From Bacteroidota bacterium (GTDB lineage Bacteria; Bacteroidota; Bacteroidia; UKL13-3): 48,371 nucleotides of DNA. Positions 1-9,211 of the stretch are shown piece by piece (the first letter of the stretch is position 1; every line of letters starts with the position of its first letter). The stretch lies in assembly GCA_041302975.1 (NCBI GenBank), contig JBFYQC010000262.1:1-48371 (forward strand), written 5' to 3'. The position numbers were made by a program, and so were the translations under genes. The notes under the pieces are model-generated. The model had not been told where the DNA came from, ran no database searches, and saw nothing but the letters and a program-made list of their open reading frames with translations.

Positions 1-851
1 CGGAATGGAATTTTAATGTTTCCACGACCTTTATCATCTGCCTTAATGCTTATTTTGGTATTAAACCTATCGCTTAAACTTTTTTGGTACTCTACCAATG
101 TTTCCGATTTATTAGGTTTAGATATAGGTTTATTTGCTTTTGCTTCGTTAGGTTTGTTGTTTTCTTCACGCACCAAATTCTCTACACTACGCACGCTTAG
201 CTCATTGGCCAACATTTGTTCCAACATCCACTCTTGCTTTTTAGGGTCATCAACATTAATAATGGCACGTGCGTGTCCCATACTAATTTTACCTTCTTTT
301 AAAGCCAACTGCACCGAATCAGGGAGCTTTAACAAACGTAAATAATTGGTTACCGTGCTTCTGTTTTTACCAACCCTATCTCCTACTTCGTCTTGCTTTA
401 AACTGCATTCTTCCATTAAACGTTTGTAGCTTAAACCTATTTCAATCGGGTTTAACTCTTCACGTTGAATGTTTTCAATCAACGCCATCTCCAACATTTC
501 TTGGTCGTTGGCCACACGTATGTATGCCGGTATTTTAGTTAATCCCGCTAATATACTGGCACGTGTTCTGCGCTCACCTGATATAATTTGGTAGCTGTCG
601 TAACCCATTTTACGAACTGTAATGGGTTGTATTACGCCATGTATTTTAATTGATTCGGCTAATTCTAACAAGGCCACTTCTTCAAACTCAGTACGAGGTT
701 GGAAAGGGTTGGCTTGTATTTGGCTAATTGATATTTCGCTGATTGAATTGGCTGGTCTTGCTTCTGTTGCAGTATTGGTAATATCAGTACTGGCATCGGA
801 AAGTAATGCGCTTAATCCACGACCTAATCCACTTTTTTTCGGTTGACTCAT
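1..851 (-). CDS. parB: Chromosome partitioning protein ParB. The C-terminal end runs off the window. It is absent from the ORF track because no stop codon is reached.
   Basis: The reverse complement from the ATG at 851-849 reads MSQPKKSGLGRGLSALLSDASTD. The frame stays open to position 3 and includes DSYQIISGERRTRASILAGL (the ParB GERRxRA box). It ends ...IKADDKGRGNIKIPF. It lies 34 nt downstream of parA on the same strand. Confidence 0.9.
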   Translation of the reverse strand, partial: MSQPKKSGLGRGLSALLSDASTDITNTATEARPANSISEISISQIQANPFQPRTEFEEVALLELAESIKIHGVIQPITVRKMGYDSYQIISGERRTRASILAGLTKIPAYIRVANDQEMLEMALIENIQREELNPIEIGLSYKRLMEECSLKQDEVGDRVGKNRSTVTNYLRLLKLPDSVQLALKEGKISMGHARAIINVDDPKKQEWMLEQMLANELSVRSVENLVREENNKPNEAKANKPISKPNKSETLVEYQKSLSDRFNTKISIKADDKGRGNIKIPF

Positions 852-885
852 AACTTGATCTTCTTTAATTTTTTTGAGTTAACAA

Positions 886-1689
886 TTAGTTGAGTGTGCT
901 CGACTCAAACATGTTCATTTTAGTTAAGCCATTTTTTTGCAACAACTCTTTAGCTAAGTTTAAGTAGTTGATGGTTCCTTTACATTCGGCATCATAAGCA
1001 ATTACTGCTTTACCAAAACTTGGAGCCTCACTTAAACGTGTGTTACGTTGTATAATGGTATCAAACACCATTTGTTGGAAGTGCATTTTTACTTCTTCAA
1101 CAACTTGGTTGCTTAAGCGTAAACGCATATCGTACATGGTTAACAACAAGCCTTCAATTTGTAACTCAGGGTTAATGCTACTTTGTACAATTTTGATGGT
1201 ATTTAATAACTTACCTAAACCTTCTAATGCAAAATACTCACACTGCACCGGAATAATTACACTGTCGCTTGCAGTAAGGGAGTTGGTGGTTATTAAGCCC
1301 AAGGATGGTGAGCAATCAACGATAATAAAATCGTAATCTTTTTTAATCGGGTCTAATGCATGGCGTAAAACACGCTCACGATTAGGTACATTGATTAATT
1401 CAATTTCGGCACCTACTAAATCTATGTTAGAAGGAAGTAAATCCAAAAAATCAACTTCTGTTTTAATGATGGCTTCGCGGGCTGATGTATCGTTAATCAT
1501 TACCTCGTACAAACCCAACTCCACATTCTTAGGATCGAAACCCAAGTGAGAAGTTGTGTTAGCCTGAGGATCGGCATCAACCACCAATGTTTTGTACTCT
1601 AACACGGCCAAACTTGCAGCCAAGTTAACAGCGGTTGTAGTTTTACCCACACCACCTTTTTGATTTACTACTGATATTATTTTTCCCAT
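886..1689 (-). CDS. parA: ParA/Soj chromosome partitioning ATPase
   Basis: Deviant Walker A motif in VVNQKGGVGKTTTAVNLAASLA. Length is 267 aa and it is adjacent to parB. Confidence 0.95.
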   Translation of the reverse strand: MGKIISVVNQKGGVGKTTTAVNLAASLAVLEYKTLVVDADPQANTTSHLGFDPKNVELGLYEVMINDTSAREAIIKTEVDFLDLLPSNIDLVGAEIELINVPNRERVLRHALDPIKKDYDFIIVDCSPSLGLITTNSLTASDSVIIPVQCEYFALEGLGKLLNTIKIVQSSINPELQIEGLLLTMYDMRLRLSNQVVEEVKMHFQQMVFDTIIQRNTRLSEAPSFGKAVIAYDAECKGTINYLNLAKELLQKNGLTKMNMFESSTLN

Positions 1690-1716
1690 GATTGTGATAG
1701 TCGTTTGTTAAATAAA

Positions 1717-2403
1717 TTAAATGGTTATGGTGCTGCCAATAGCAGGTATAATTAATGTTTTTTCGTGATTTTCGAAATAATTGATGGCCTTTTCATGATC
1801 AACTTTAATGAAGCCAAAAGTGTCAAAATGCATGGCCACTACTTTTTCGCAACCTACCAGATCTGCTGCTCGGTTAGCATCAACATAACCCATTGTAAAG
1901 TTATCTCCAATAGGCAATACAGCTATGTTAATACGGTATTGTTCGCCCACGTAACTCATATCGTTGCATAAAGCCGTGTCGCCTGCATAATAAATAGTTT
2001 CATTGTTGGCTTCATTTGATAGCACAAATCCGGCAGCGGTTCCACCATAAGTGCCATCAGGTAAAGAACTTGAGTGAGCCGCAAAAATCATCTGTACCGT
2101 TCCAAAATCAAAAGTCCATTTACCACCAATATTCATAGGATGGGTTTTGGTAATACCTTGTTTTTGTAGCCAGGCATGAATTTCCCAATTGGCCACCACT
2201 GTTGCCTCCGTTTGTTTGGCTAAATCAACCAAATCAGCCGTATGGTCTTCATGCCCATGCGATACCAATATATAATCGGCTTTTAGTGATGAAAAGTTTA
2301 CGCTTGAAGCCAGTTCATTACCCCTTATAAATGGGTCGAAGATGATAAGCTTACCGCTCATCTCTAACTGAAAACACGAATGACCTAAGTATGTTAACTG
2401 CAT
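1717..2403 (-). CDS. Metallo-beta-lactamase-fold metal-dependent hydrolase (UPF0173-like)
   Basis: MQLTYLGHSCFQLE N-terminus and an HGHEDH metal-binding motif (VSHGHEDHTAD). Length is 228 aa. It sits 27 nt upstream of parA on the same strand. Confidence 0.8.
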   Translation of the reverse strand: MQLTYLGHSCFQLEMSGKLIIFDPFIRGNELASSVNFSSLKADYILVSHGHEDHTADLVDLAKQTEATVVANWEIHAWLQKQGITKTHPMNIGGKWTFDFGTVQMIFAAHSSSLPDGTYGGTAAGFVLSNEANNETIYYAGDTALCNDMSYVGEQYRINIAVLPIGDNFTMGYVDANRAADLVGCEKVVAMHFDTFGFIKVDHEKAINYFENHEKTLIIPAIGSTITI

Positions 2404-2434
2404 ATTTTGTCTTAACCTGATGTATCAAATAAAA

Positions 2435-2708
2435 TGTTTCACGACATCAACATATGTACAACCTCACTTTATTGTATCCACATAGGTGTGGATATTTTTC
2501 CAGTACTACTTATCAGGTACTTGAGTGTTTTTTAGTGCGTGAAACACCCACATTATTTTTCCGATTATCAACATCAAAAACAAAATTTCACGGTATTTTT
2601 TGGAACAAAAAATGCATACCACGGACATCACTCACCATTTTATTTCGTTTTTTCATCTTGCAATTACACCTGCTAATTTTCTGAGCCCTTATTTTTGTGC
2701 GTGAAACA
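2435..2708. promoter_or_regulatory. Cluster of four parS half-site words: TGTTTCACG at 2435-2443, CGTGAAACA at 2538-2546, a degenerate TTTCACG at 2586-2592, and CGTGAAACA at 2700-2708
   Basis: The strings were read directly. The canonical parS is the 16-bp palindrome TGTTNCACGTGAAACA, and each word here matches one arm only. The 12-mer GTGCGTGAAACA occurs twice, each time after a T-run. Confidence 0.5.
2475..2494. promoter_or_regulatory. Perfect 8+4+8 palindrome TATCCACA-TAGG-TGTGGATA, equivalent to two inverted DnaA-box-like 9-mers
   Basis: GTATCCACA (2474-2482) and TGTGGATAT (2487-2495, reverse complement ATATCCACA) each match TTATCCACA at 8 of 9 positions. A third 8/9 word, TTATCAACA, lies at 2565-2573. 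Confidence 0.5.
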
Positions 2709-2782
2709 TAGCCACTTACGTTACACATTACAATTACATATATTTCTATTAATTTCACCCCAACAAAAACACACTTAAACAC

Positions 2783-3778
2783 TTGAAAGTACTGCACTTT
2801 ACTGCTAAATTTTTATCCAACAAATCAACACTTTGGTTGTGTTTGGTTACGTTATGTTTATTTGTGGCGATAACAAGTATGCGCTTTAACCGCAATACCG
2901 CAATAGTAAACAGGCCACTCAACGATGCCCGCTATTTTATCGCTTACGTTGAACATTTTAGGGGAGAAACACCTTCAGACGTTATTCGTCCTGCCTCTAA
3001 TTGGCGCATGCTGGTTCCTTTTGTTGCAGCCCTCTCTCCTTTTAAACCACTTACCGCAATCAATATTACCAACCAACTATTGCTGTTGTTAAGTATGGCA
3101 ATATTGTACTACAGCATGTTGCATATAGGTATTAGCAAGGGTTATATTTGGTTGGGGTTGATATTGTTTTCGGTTTCATTTCCAGCATTTTATTACACCA
3201 CCATTGGTTATGTAGACGCAGGAGTGATGTTTTTTGTAAGCGCTTGTATATATGCAACCCTTAAACAGTCGTGGTGGTTATTTGTGCTTAGTTATGCTCT
3301 GGGATTTTTAGCCAAAGAAAGCATTGTAGTGGTAGTGCCTTTTGCAGTAATATACATGTATTTACAAGGCAACAGAAAACAAGCGTTTGTATTGGGCTTA
3401 CTTCTATCCACTATTTATGTAGCAGAAAGTTATTTGGTTAGGCAATACGCATACCTGACACCAGGCGAAAAGAATAATTTATTTTGGGTGATTAATACCG
3501 AAAATATCGAATTAAATATAAAGCGCATTAACTCCTTGTTGGCTCCTGTTTTAACGCTAGGGTTGGTAGGGTTAATTTATGCATTCAACTTTATATCAAC
3601 CCTAAAAACCAACAAGACTTTGGCATGGGCTAGTTTGGCATTACTAGGCACCACATTTACCATGTATGCGTTCGCATTTATCACCACATACGCTGATGGC
3701 CGACCGTTATGGCTGGCCTACTTCGTTATGATTTTGGCAGGTATGTATGGTTTACAGCACCAAGCGAAAAAGGATTAA
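2783..3778 (+). CDS. Polytopic inner-membrane protein of unknown function (about 9 predicted TM helices; possibly a GT-C/ArnT-like fold). The start is uncertain: TTG at 2783, with the first ATG at MRFNRN about 2879.
   Basis: A long ORF with repeated hydrophobic 20-aa segments. No catalytic motif was recognised. Confidence 0.55.
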   Translation: MKVLHFTAKFLSNKSTLWLCLVTLCLFVAITSMRFNRNTAIVNRPLNDARYFIAYVEHFRGETPSDVIRPASNWRMLVPFVAALSPFKPLTAINITNQLLLLLSMAILYYSMLHIGISKGYIWLGLILFSVSFPAFYYTTIGYVDAGVMFFVSACIYATLKQSWWLFVLSYALGFLAKESIVVVVPFAVIYMYLQGNRKQAFVLGLLLSTIYVAESYLVRQYAYLTPGEKNNLFWVINTENIELNIKRINSLLAPVLTLGLVGLIYAFNFISTLKTNKTLAWASLALLGTTFTMYAFAFITTYADGRPLWLAYFVMILAGMYGLQHQAKKD

Positions 3779-4971
3779 CTTTTTTTCCTGCGCGCTACTT
3801 CACTGCTAATTAAAGTAAGCTCACGTCCAGCCTGACCTTTAACTGAAGTGTTTTCTGCTGCTCGTCTGAATAAATATGGCATTACGGCTTTAACTGGGCC
3901 ATAAGGTAAATATTTAGCCACGTTGTATCCGGCACTGGATAAGTTAAAACTTATGTGATCACTCATGCCATACAATTGCGAAAAATAAATTCGTTGGTCG
4001 TTATTGGCTAAACCCTTTTGTGCCATCAACTCCGTCAACAACATACTACTTTGTTCGTTGTGCGAACCGGCACATACATTAATCTTATCAATATGTTCAA
4101 TACAAAAACGTAATGCTTCATTATAATCTTTATCACTACTCCCTTTATCGGGCTGTATCGGGCTTAGATATCCCATTTTTAATGCGCGTTCTCTTTCTTT
4201 TTCCATGTACGCGCCACGCACCAATTTTAATCCTAAGTAATAATTGTGCTTAATGGCATCATCAAAACTTGTCTTTAAAAACGCCAACCTATCATGTCGG
4301 TATAACTGAATGGTGTTGTAAACAATACATTTTTGTGAGTTAAACTCACGCATCATGTCATGCGCCAAATCATCAATAGCCGGTTGTATCCAAGATTCTT
4401 CTGCATCAATAAAAATACGCACGTTGTTATCGTAGGCTGTTTTACAAATATTATGTATCCGGTTTTTTACGCGCCCCCACTCACTTTCTTCTGTACTTGT
4501 CAACTTTTCTTTGGCCGATACTTTTGCCAATAAATCAAACCTAGCTAAACCTGTAACTTTGAAAACACAAAAAGGTATTTTCTGATTATCCTTTGCTTTG
4601 GTGATGGTTTCTAATGTTTCAGTGGCTGTGGAATTAAAACTATCCTCTTTCTCCTCCCCTTCTACACTGTAATCTAAAATAGTACCCACACCGTAACTGT
4701 ATAACTGATCGATGGTTTTATTACAATCATCCATACTCTCGCCACCACAAAATTGTTTAAAAACAGTACTTTTAATTAACCCTTTAATAGGTAAACCTAT
4801 GTTAAATGCACCGTTTACCATTGGCGGGCCTAATCTAACCAACCAGTTGTATCCAATGGCTTTAAACAATAAGTATGATTGCGTTAACTCGTTGTTGCTT
4901 TTAGACTTAAATGCAATTTCCGTGTTATCGAAACTTAGGGTTGATGGCTTACTTTGTATATTGGTTTGCAC
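3775..4971 (-). CDS. Proline dehydrogenase (monofunctional PutA-like)
   Basis: Motifs FIDAEESWIQPAIDD, LGLKLVRGAYMEKER, GSHNEQS, FSQLYGMSD and LPYGPVKAVMPYLFRRAAENTSV. Length is 398 aa. Confidence 0.85.
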   Translation of the reverse strand: MQTNIQSKPSTLSFDNTEIAFKSKSNNELTQSYLLFKAIGYNWLVRLGPPMVNGAFNIGLPIKGLIKSTVFKQFCGGESMDDCNKTIDQLYSYGVGTILDYSVEGEEKEDSFNSTATETLETITKAKDNQKIPFCVFKVTGLARFDLLAKVSAKEKLTSTEESEWGRVKNRIHNICKTAYDNNVRIFIDAEESWIQPAIDDLAHDMMREFNSQKCIVYNTIQLYRHDRLAFLKTSFDDAIKHNYYLGLKLVRGAYMEKERERALKMGYLSPIQPDKGSSDKDYNEALRFCIEHIDKINVCAGSHNEQSSMLLTELMAQKGLANNDQRIYFSQLYGMSDHISFNLSSAGYNVAKYLPYGPVKAVMPYLFRRAAENTSVKGQAGRELTLISSEVARRKKS

Positions 4972-5083
4972 AGTTTTTATTACTTAATTATTAATTTAAC
5001 CGAAAATACCACAAATTTGTTCGCGCAAAAATAATCGCAGTTGGGTATTTTTTGCCATAAACCAATTATTAATTTTTACCCAC

Positions 5084-6142
5084 TTGAAAGAGTACAACCT
5101 AAAAGATTACAGTATTTACATAGGCACTGAAGTATTTGATTTACTGCTACAACAGTTAATCGAACGCTCGTACTCGCAGGTATTTGTGCTGGTTGACGAA
5201 AACACAGAAAAGCATTGTTTACCCACTTTAACTGAAACACTTTTTGACGTTAAGGTGATAAAAATAAGCAGTGGCGAAGAACACAAAACAGTAAATAATC
5301 TACAACTTATTTGGGATGAGCTATTAAAACACCAAGCCGATAAACAAACCGCTTTAATAAATTTAGGTGGTGGCGTTATTGGCGATATTGGTGGTTTTGC
5401 CGCAGCAACTTTTAAACGTGGCATTGATTTTATAAATGTTCCTACCACACTTTTAGCTATGGTTGATAGTAGCATAGGTGGTAAGTTAGGGGTAGATTAC
5501 CATGGCATAAAAAATGCAGTTGGTATGATAAAAAACCCAAGCTCGGTATTTGTAAGCACCGATTTTTTAGCCACCTTACCGAAAAGAGAATTGCTAAATG
5601 GTTTTGCCGAAATTATTAAACATGGTTTAATAGCTGACGAAGATTATTGGGAAAAAGTAATTCGTGTGAAAAGTATTGATGCTGATAGCATGAGCCAACT
5701 TATTTACGGCTCAATAAAAGTGAAATCGCAAATTGTTAAAAAAGACCCGCTTGAGGACGGTTTACGTAAGGTATTAAACTTTGGCCACACTATTGGCCAT
5801 GCCATTGAATCTTACTCTTTAATGAAAGATAAAAACCCTTTAAAACACGGAGAGGCAATTGCCATTGGTATGATTTGCGAAGCATTTTTATCAAAAGAGC
5901 ACAACGGTTTAAGCGGAAGAGAATTAAGGTTGATTAGTGAGTTTGTTTTACAACACTTTCCTAAATACTCTTTACGTAATATTCTATCACCCGAACTGAT
6001 TAAGTTTATGCGTCAAGATAAAAAGAACAGCAACCAAAGCATTAATTTTAGTTTGTTAAAACGTATTGGTAAAGCCGGATTCGATTACACCTGCACTGAT
6101 GCACAAATAGCCCTTGCTTTAAATTATTACGATGGGTTATGA
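5084..6142 (+). CDS. aroB: 3-dehydroquinate synthase (TTG start)
   Basis: LINLGGGVIGDIGGFAAATFKRGIDFINVPTTLLAMVDSSIGGK, plus the metal ligands in NFGHTIGHAIE. The stop overlaps the aroA start as ATGA. Confidence 0.9.
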   Translation: MKEYNLKDYSIYIGTEVFDLLLQQLIERSYSQVFVLVDENTEKHCLPTLTETLFDVKVIKISSGEEHKTVNNLQLIWDELLKHQADKQTALINLGGGVIGDIGGFAAATFKRGIDFINVPTTLLAMVDSSIGGKLGVDYHGIKNAVGMIKNPSSVFVSTDFLATLPKRELLNGFAEIIKHGLIADEDYWEKVIRVKSIDADSMSQLIYGSIKVKSQIVKKDPLEDGLRKVLNFGHTIGHAIESYSLMKDKNPLKHGEAIAIGMICEAFLSKEHNGLSGRELRLISEFVLQHFPKYSLRNILSPELIKFMRQDKKNSNQSINFSLLKRIGKAGFDYTCTDAQIALALNYYDGL

Positions 6143-7374
6143 GTAACCTACGGATAACACATCCAACAAAAAAAATAACCGGAAACATCACACTTCCTGC
6201 ATCAAAAAGTATTTGTAACCGTGTGCTTGTTTTACAAAAAGTTCTCGGCATAAGTACCCAAATTCAAAATATTGCTAAGGCTGACGATAGCGTGATTATG
6301 CAACGCGCATTGCAGCAAACAACCGGCACCGTTGATGTTAAAAATGCAGGAACATGCATGCGTTTTTTAACAGCTTATTATGCCACAACGCCCAATGTTG
6401 ATGTAATTTTACATGGTAGTGAACGTATGCACAACAGGCCTATTGGTGCTCTGGTGGATGCCTTGATAACCTTGGGAGCAGACATTGATTATATTGATAA
6501 GCCCGGCTTTGCACCTTTGCGTATTAAAGGCAAAATATTGTCGGGCGGAGTAGTAACTGTTGACACCTCATTAAGCAGCCAATTTGTGAGTGCACTAATG
6601 TTGGTAGCGCCAAAGTTTAAAAATGGTTTATCCATTCGTTTAAGCAAAAATACCGTTTCGAAACCATACATTACTTTAACAGCCGATTTATTAAAACAAT
6701 TTGGTGTTGATGTTACCTTACAAGATGATGTAGTGATTAAACCTTATCAAACCCAAACCGAACTTGATACTTTTTTAATAGACCCCGATTGGAGTGCAGC
6801 AGCTTTTTGGTACCAGTTATTAGCTTTGGCAATAGCCGGAAACATTACATTAGATAACTTAAAACCCAATAGCACACAAGGCGATGCCATAATTGCCGAA
6901 TACATGGAACGTTTTGGGGTGAGCAGTAACTTCAATCAGCAAGGTGTATCGCTTACTAAAAATGATAATTACTTGGAAAAAGCTTATTACGATATGTTAA
7001 ACTACCCCGACATGGTGCCTGCAATGGCCGTGTTGATGTGTGGGTTAAATATACCTTGTACGTTTGTAAATGTTGCACACTTAGAAGCCAAAGAAAGCAA
7101 ACGATTAACTGCACTTTGTACTGAATTGGGCAAATGTGGGTTTGATATTTCACACAATGGAAATGAACTGCACATCAATTCAATTAGCGAAGAAAACTTA
7201 ATAAAACCAACATCGTTTAATACCTATCAAGATCACCGTTTGGCCATGGCATTGGCTCCACTTGCCTTGTTGTTTGATGAAGTGGTGATTAACGATAGTG
7301 AGGTAGTAGAAAAATCGTACCCGCATTTTTGGGATGATTTTCGTAAGGTTGGTTTTGAGGTTACGGTTGAATAG
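6139..7374 (+). CDS. aroA: 3-phosphoshikimate 1-carboxyvinyltransferase (EPSP synthase)
   Basis: LPASKSICNRVLVL N-terminal motif, DHRLAMALA near the C-terminus, 411 aa. It overlaps aroB by 4 nt. Confidence 0.95.
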   Translation: MSNLRITHPTKKITGNITLPASKSICNRVLVLQKVLGISTQIQNIAKADDSVIMQRALQQTTGTVDVKNAGTCMRFLTAYYATTPNVDVILHGSERMHNRPIGALVDALITLGADIDYIDKPGFAPLRIKGKILSGGVVTVDTSLSSQFVSALMLVAPKFKNGLSIRLSKNTVSKPYITLTADLLKQFGVDVTLQDDVVIKPYQTQTELDTFLIDPDWSAAAFWYQLLALAIAGNITLDNLKPNSTQGDAIIAEYMERFGVSSNFNQQGVSLTKNDNYLEKAYYDMLNYPDMVPAMAVLMCGLNIPCTFVNVAHLEAKESKRLTALCTELGKCGFDISHNGNELHINSISEENLIKPTSFNTYQDHRLAMALAPLALLFDEVVINDSEVVEKSYPHFWDDFRKVGFEVTVE

Positions 7375-7872
7375 TGAATTCATTGTTTTATTGGTGAATT
7401 TTATTAAAAGGGTACAATCAGTATTTCCTTGGGTGCCGTTGAGGTTTAGCAATAGTGAGATCAGTTCCATTTTAAAATACTTTTGATATATATAGTCAAT
7501 CTCCTTTTGGGTTGGCACCCATTCCGAAGTTTCGGAACGCCTTCACTTTTAACTCGTTGTTGTTTATAGTTTTTTGCCTCGTTGATTGCTATGCAGTTTT
7601 CTTGATAAAAAAGTAAACAAAAAATCAAGGCTTATGATCTTTTCGCTACAAGTTTCGCTTGTTGTATCCCACGCAATCCAAGCCACTGCGTTTCTGGATT
7701 GCTTACACTGGCCATTACACAAACTTACTCATTGATTGTTAAGTAAAATTCTCGTAGGCCACATAGAATCCTTCAAACATGGTTCAACATTCATGCATGA
7801 ACTTATTTAATTATGAATCAATGAAACCTGATTGAATGACTTATCAAAGGTTTACACATTTAACAAATGCAG

Positions 7873-7899
7873 GTTTGCAGCAAACTGGTAAGTTTGCTG
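7873..7899 (+). promoter_or_regulatory. GTTTGC-A-GCAAAC-N6-GTTTGC triple word. It is either a candidate operator or a pair of alternative hairpins.
   Basis: GTTTGC at 7873-7878, GCAAAC at 7880-7885, GTTTGC at 7892-7897. The 9-bp stem CAGCAAACT/AGTTTGCTG (7878-7899) has loop GGTA. Confidence 0.35.
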
Positions 7900-7925
7900 A
7901 TATACATTAAAATCCAAATTCCATT

Positions 7926-7933
7926 TATATTTG
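7926..7933 (+). promoter_or_regulatory. Candidate Bacteroidota -7 promoter box TATATTTG for aroC
   Basis: Exact match to TAnnTTTG, 31 nt upstream of the aroC ATG. No clear -33 TTTG was seen. Confidence 0.4.
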
Positions 7934-7964
7934 AAAACCATCCACACAACTAACAAAATTTAAC

Positions 7965-9053
7965 ATGGCAGGAAATACATATGGACAACTTTTTCGCATC
8001 ACCACTTTTGGTGAAAGTCATGGGCCTGCTTTAGGTGTTGTGATTGATGGTTGCCCGAGTAATTTATTAATTGATATCGATTTTATTCAGGCCGAGTTAA
8101 GCAGGCGTAAACCGGGCCAAAGTGCAATAACCACAACACGCAAAGAAGATGAATCGTTTGAGATTTTATCGGGTGTATTTGAAGGAAAAACAACCGGTGC
8201 ACCTATTTGTGTGATGGTGCGCAATAACGACCAACGCAGTCAAGATTATGCGCATTTAAAAGATGTATATCGTCCATCTCATGCCGATTACACCTATCAA
8301 ACCAAATACGGCATACGCGATTACCGTGGTGGAGGGAGATCATCCGCCAGAGAAACCGTTGCGCGTGTTTTAGCAGGTGCAATTGCCAAATTATTTTTAG
8401 CACAACAAGGCATTCAAATCAATGCTTATGTCAGCCAAGTTGGGCCGATTAAATTAGTTACCAGCCCTGAGCAAATTGATGTTTCAAGCATAGAAAAAAG
8501 TTTGGTGCGTTGCCCAGATAAAATGGTATCAAACCAAATGATAGATTTAATTACCGAAACCGGCAAAAAAGGAGATAGTGTTGGCGGTGCCATTACGTGT
8601 ACCATAAAAAATGTACCTGCAGGATTAGGAGAACCTGTGTTTGATAAACTACATGCCGAATTAGGTAAAGCCATGTTAAGCATTAATGCCTGTAAAGGTT
8701 TTGAAATTGGAAGTGGTTTTGATGCTGCCCAATCTTTTGGCAGTGCGCATAACGATGAATTTTATGTAACAGATAACACCATTCATACCCGAACCAATAA
8801 CAGTGGTGGTGTGCAAGGTGGCATAAGTAACGGTGAAATGGTTTATTTCCGTTGTGCATTTAAACCTGTGGCCACGATTAGAAGCGAACAACAAACCATA
8901 TCAACCCAAGGTGATGAAGTTACATTAGCCGCAACAGGCCGCCATGACCCATGCGTAGTACCACGCGCTGTGCCAATTGTAGAAGCTATGGCAGCATTGG
9001 TTTTAGCTGATTTTATGCTAAGAAACAATGCACTCAATAAGTATAACTTATAA
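7965..9053 (+). CDS. aroC: Chorismate synthase
   Basis: [45 protein letters not shown] and [13 protein letters not shown]. Length is 362 aa. Confidence 0.95.
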   Translation: MAGNTYGQLFRITTFGESHGPALGVVIDGCPSNLLIDIDFIQAELSRRKPGQSAITTTRKEDESFEILSGVFEGKTTGAPICVMVRNNDQRSQDYAHLKDVYRPSHADYTYQTKYGIRDYRGGGRSSARETVARVLAGAIAKLFLAQQGIQINAYVSQVGPIKLVTSPEQIDVSSIEKSLVRCPDKMVSNQMIDLITETGKKGDSVGGAITCTIKNVPAGLGEPVFDKLHAELGKAMLSINACKGFEIGSGFDAAQSFGSAHNDEFYVTDNTIHTRTNNSGGVQGGISNGEMVYFRCAFKPVATIRSEQQTISTQGDEVTLAATGRHDPCVVPRAVPIVEAMAALVLADFMLRNNALNKYNL

Positions 9054-9211
9054 GTAAAACTAACGGCATTTTAATCCAGTATAAACCACTGCTAATCAAC
9101 ACCCTTAGTGTCAAAGTTTGGTAAGTTGGTATATGCCGTGCCACCATTTTTAAATATTTTAGCTCTATCTTGCAGGTTGAACTACACCAAAAGTTGATCT
9201 AAATTATTTAA

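Noticed and set aside
16-846. Plus-strand ORFs at 16-345 (109 aa) and 622-846 (74 aa)
   Set aside because: They lie antisense within a clear ParB reading frame (GLGRGLSALL, GERRTRA). Their sequences are low-complexity, so they are shadow ORFs.
2454-2797. ORFs at 2454-2684 (+, 76 aa) and 2588-2797 (-, 69 aa) in the par-upstream region
   Set aside because: They overlap each other in an AT-rich regulatory region full of repeat words, and neither has protein-like composition.
7198-7518. 106-aa minus-strand ORF at the aroA 3' end
   Set aside because: Most of it is antisense to the aroA coding sequence, and the remainder has no recognisable features.
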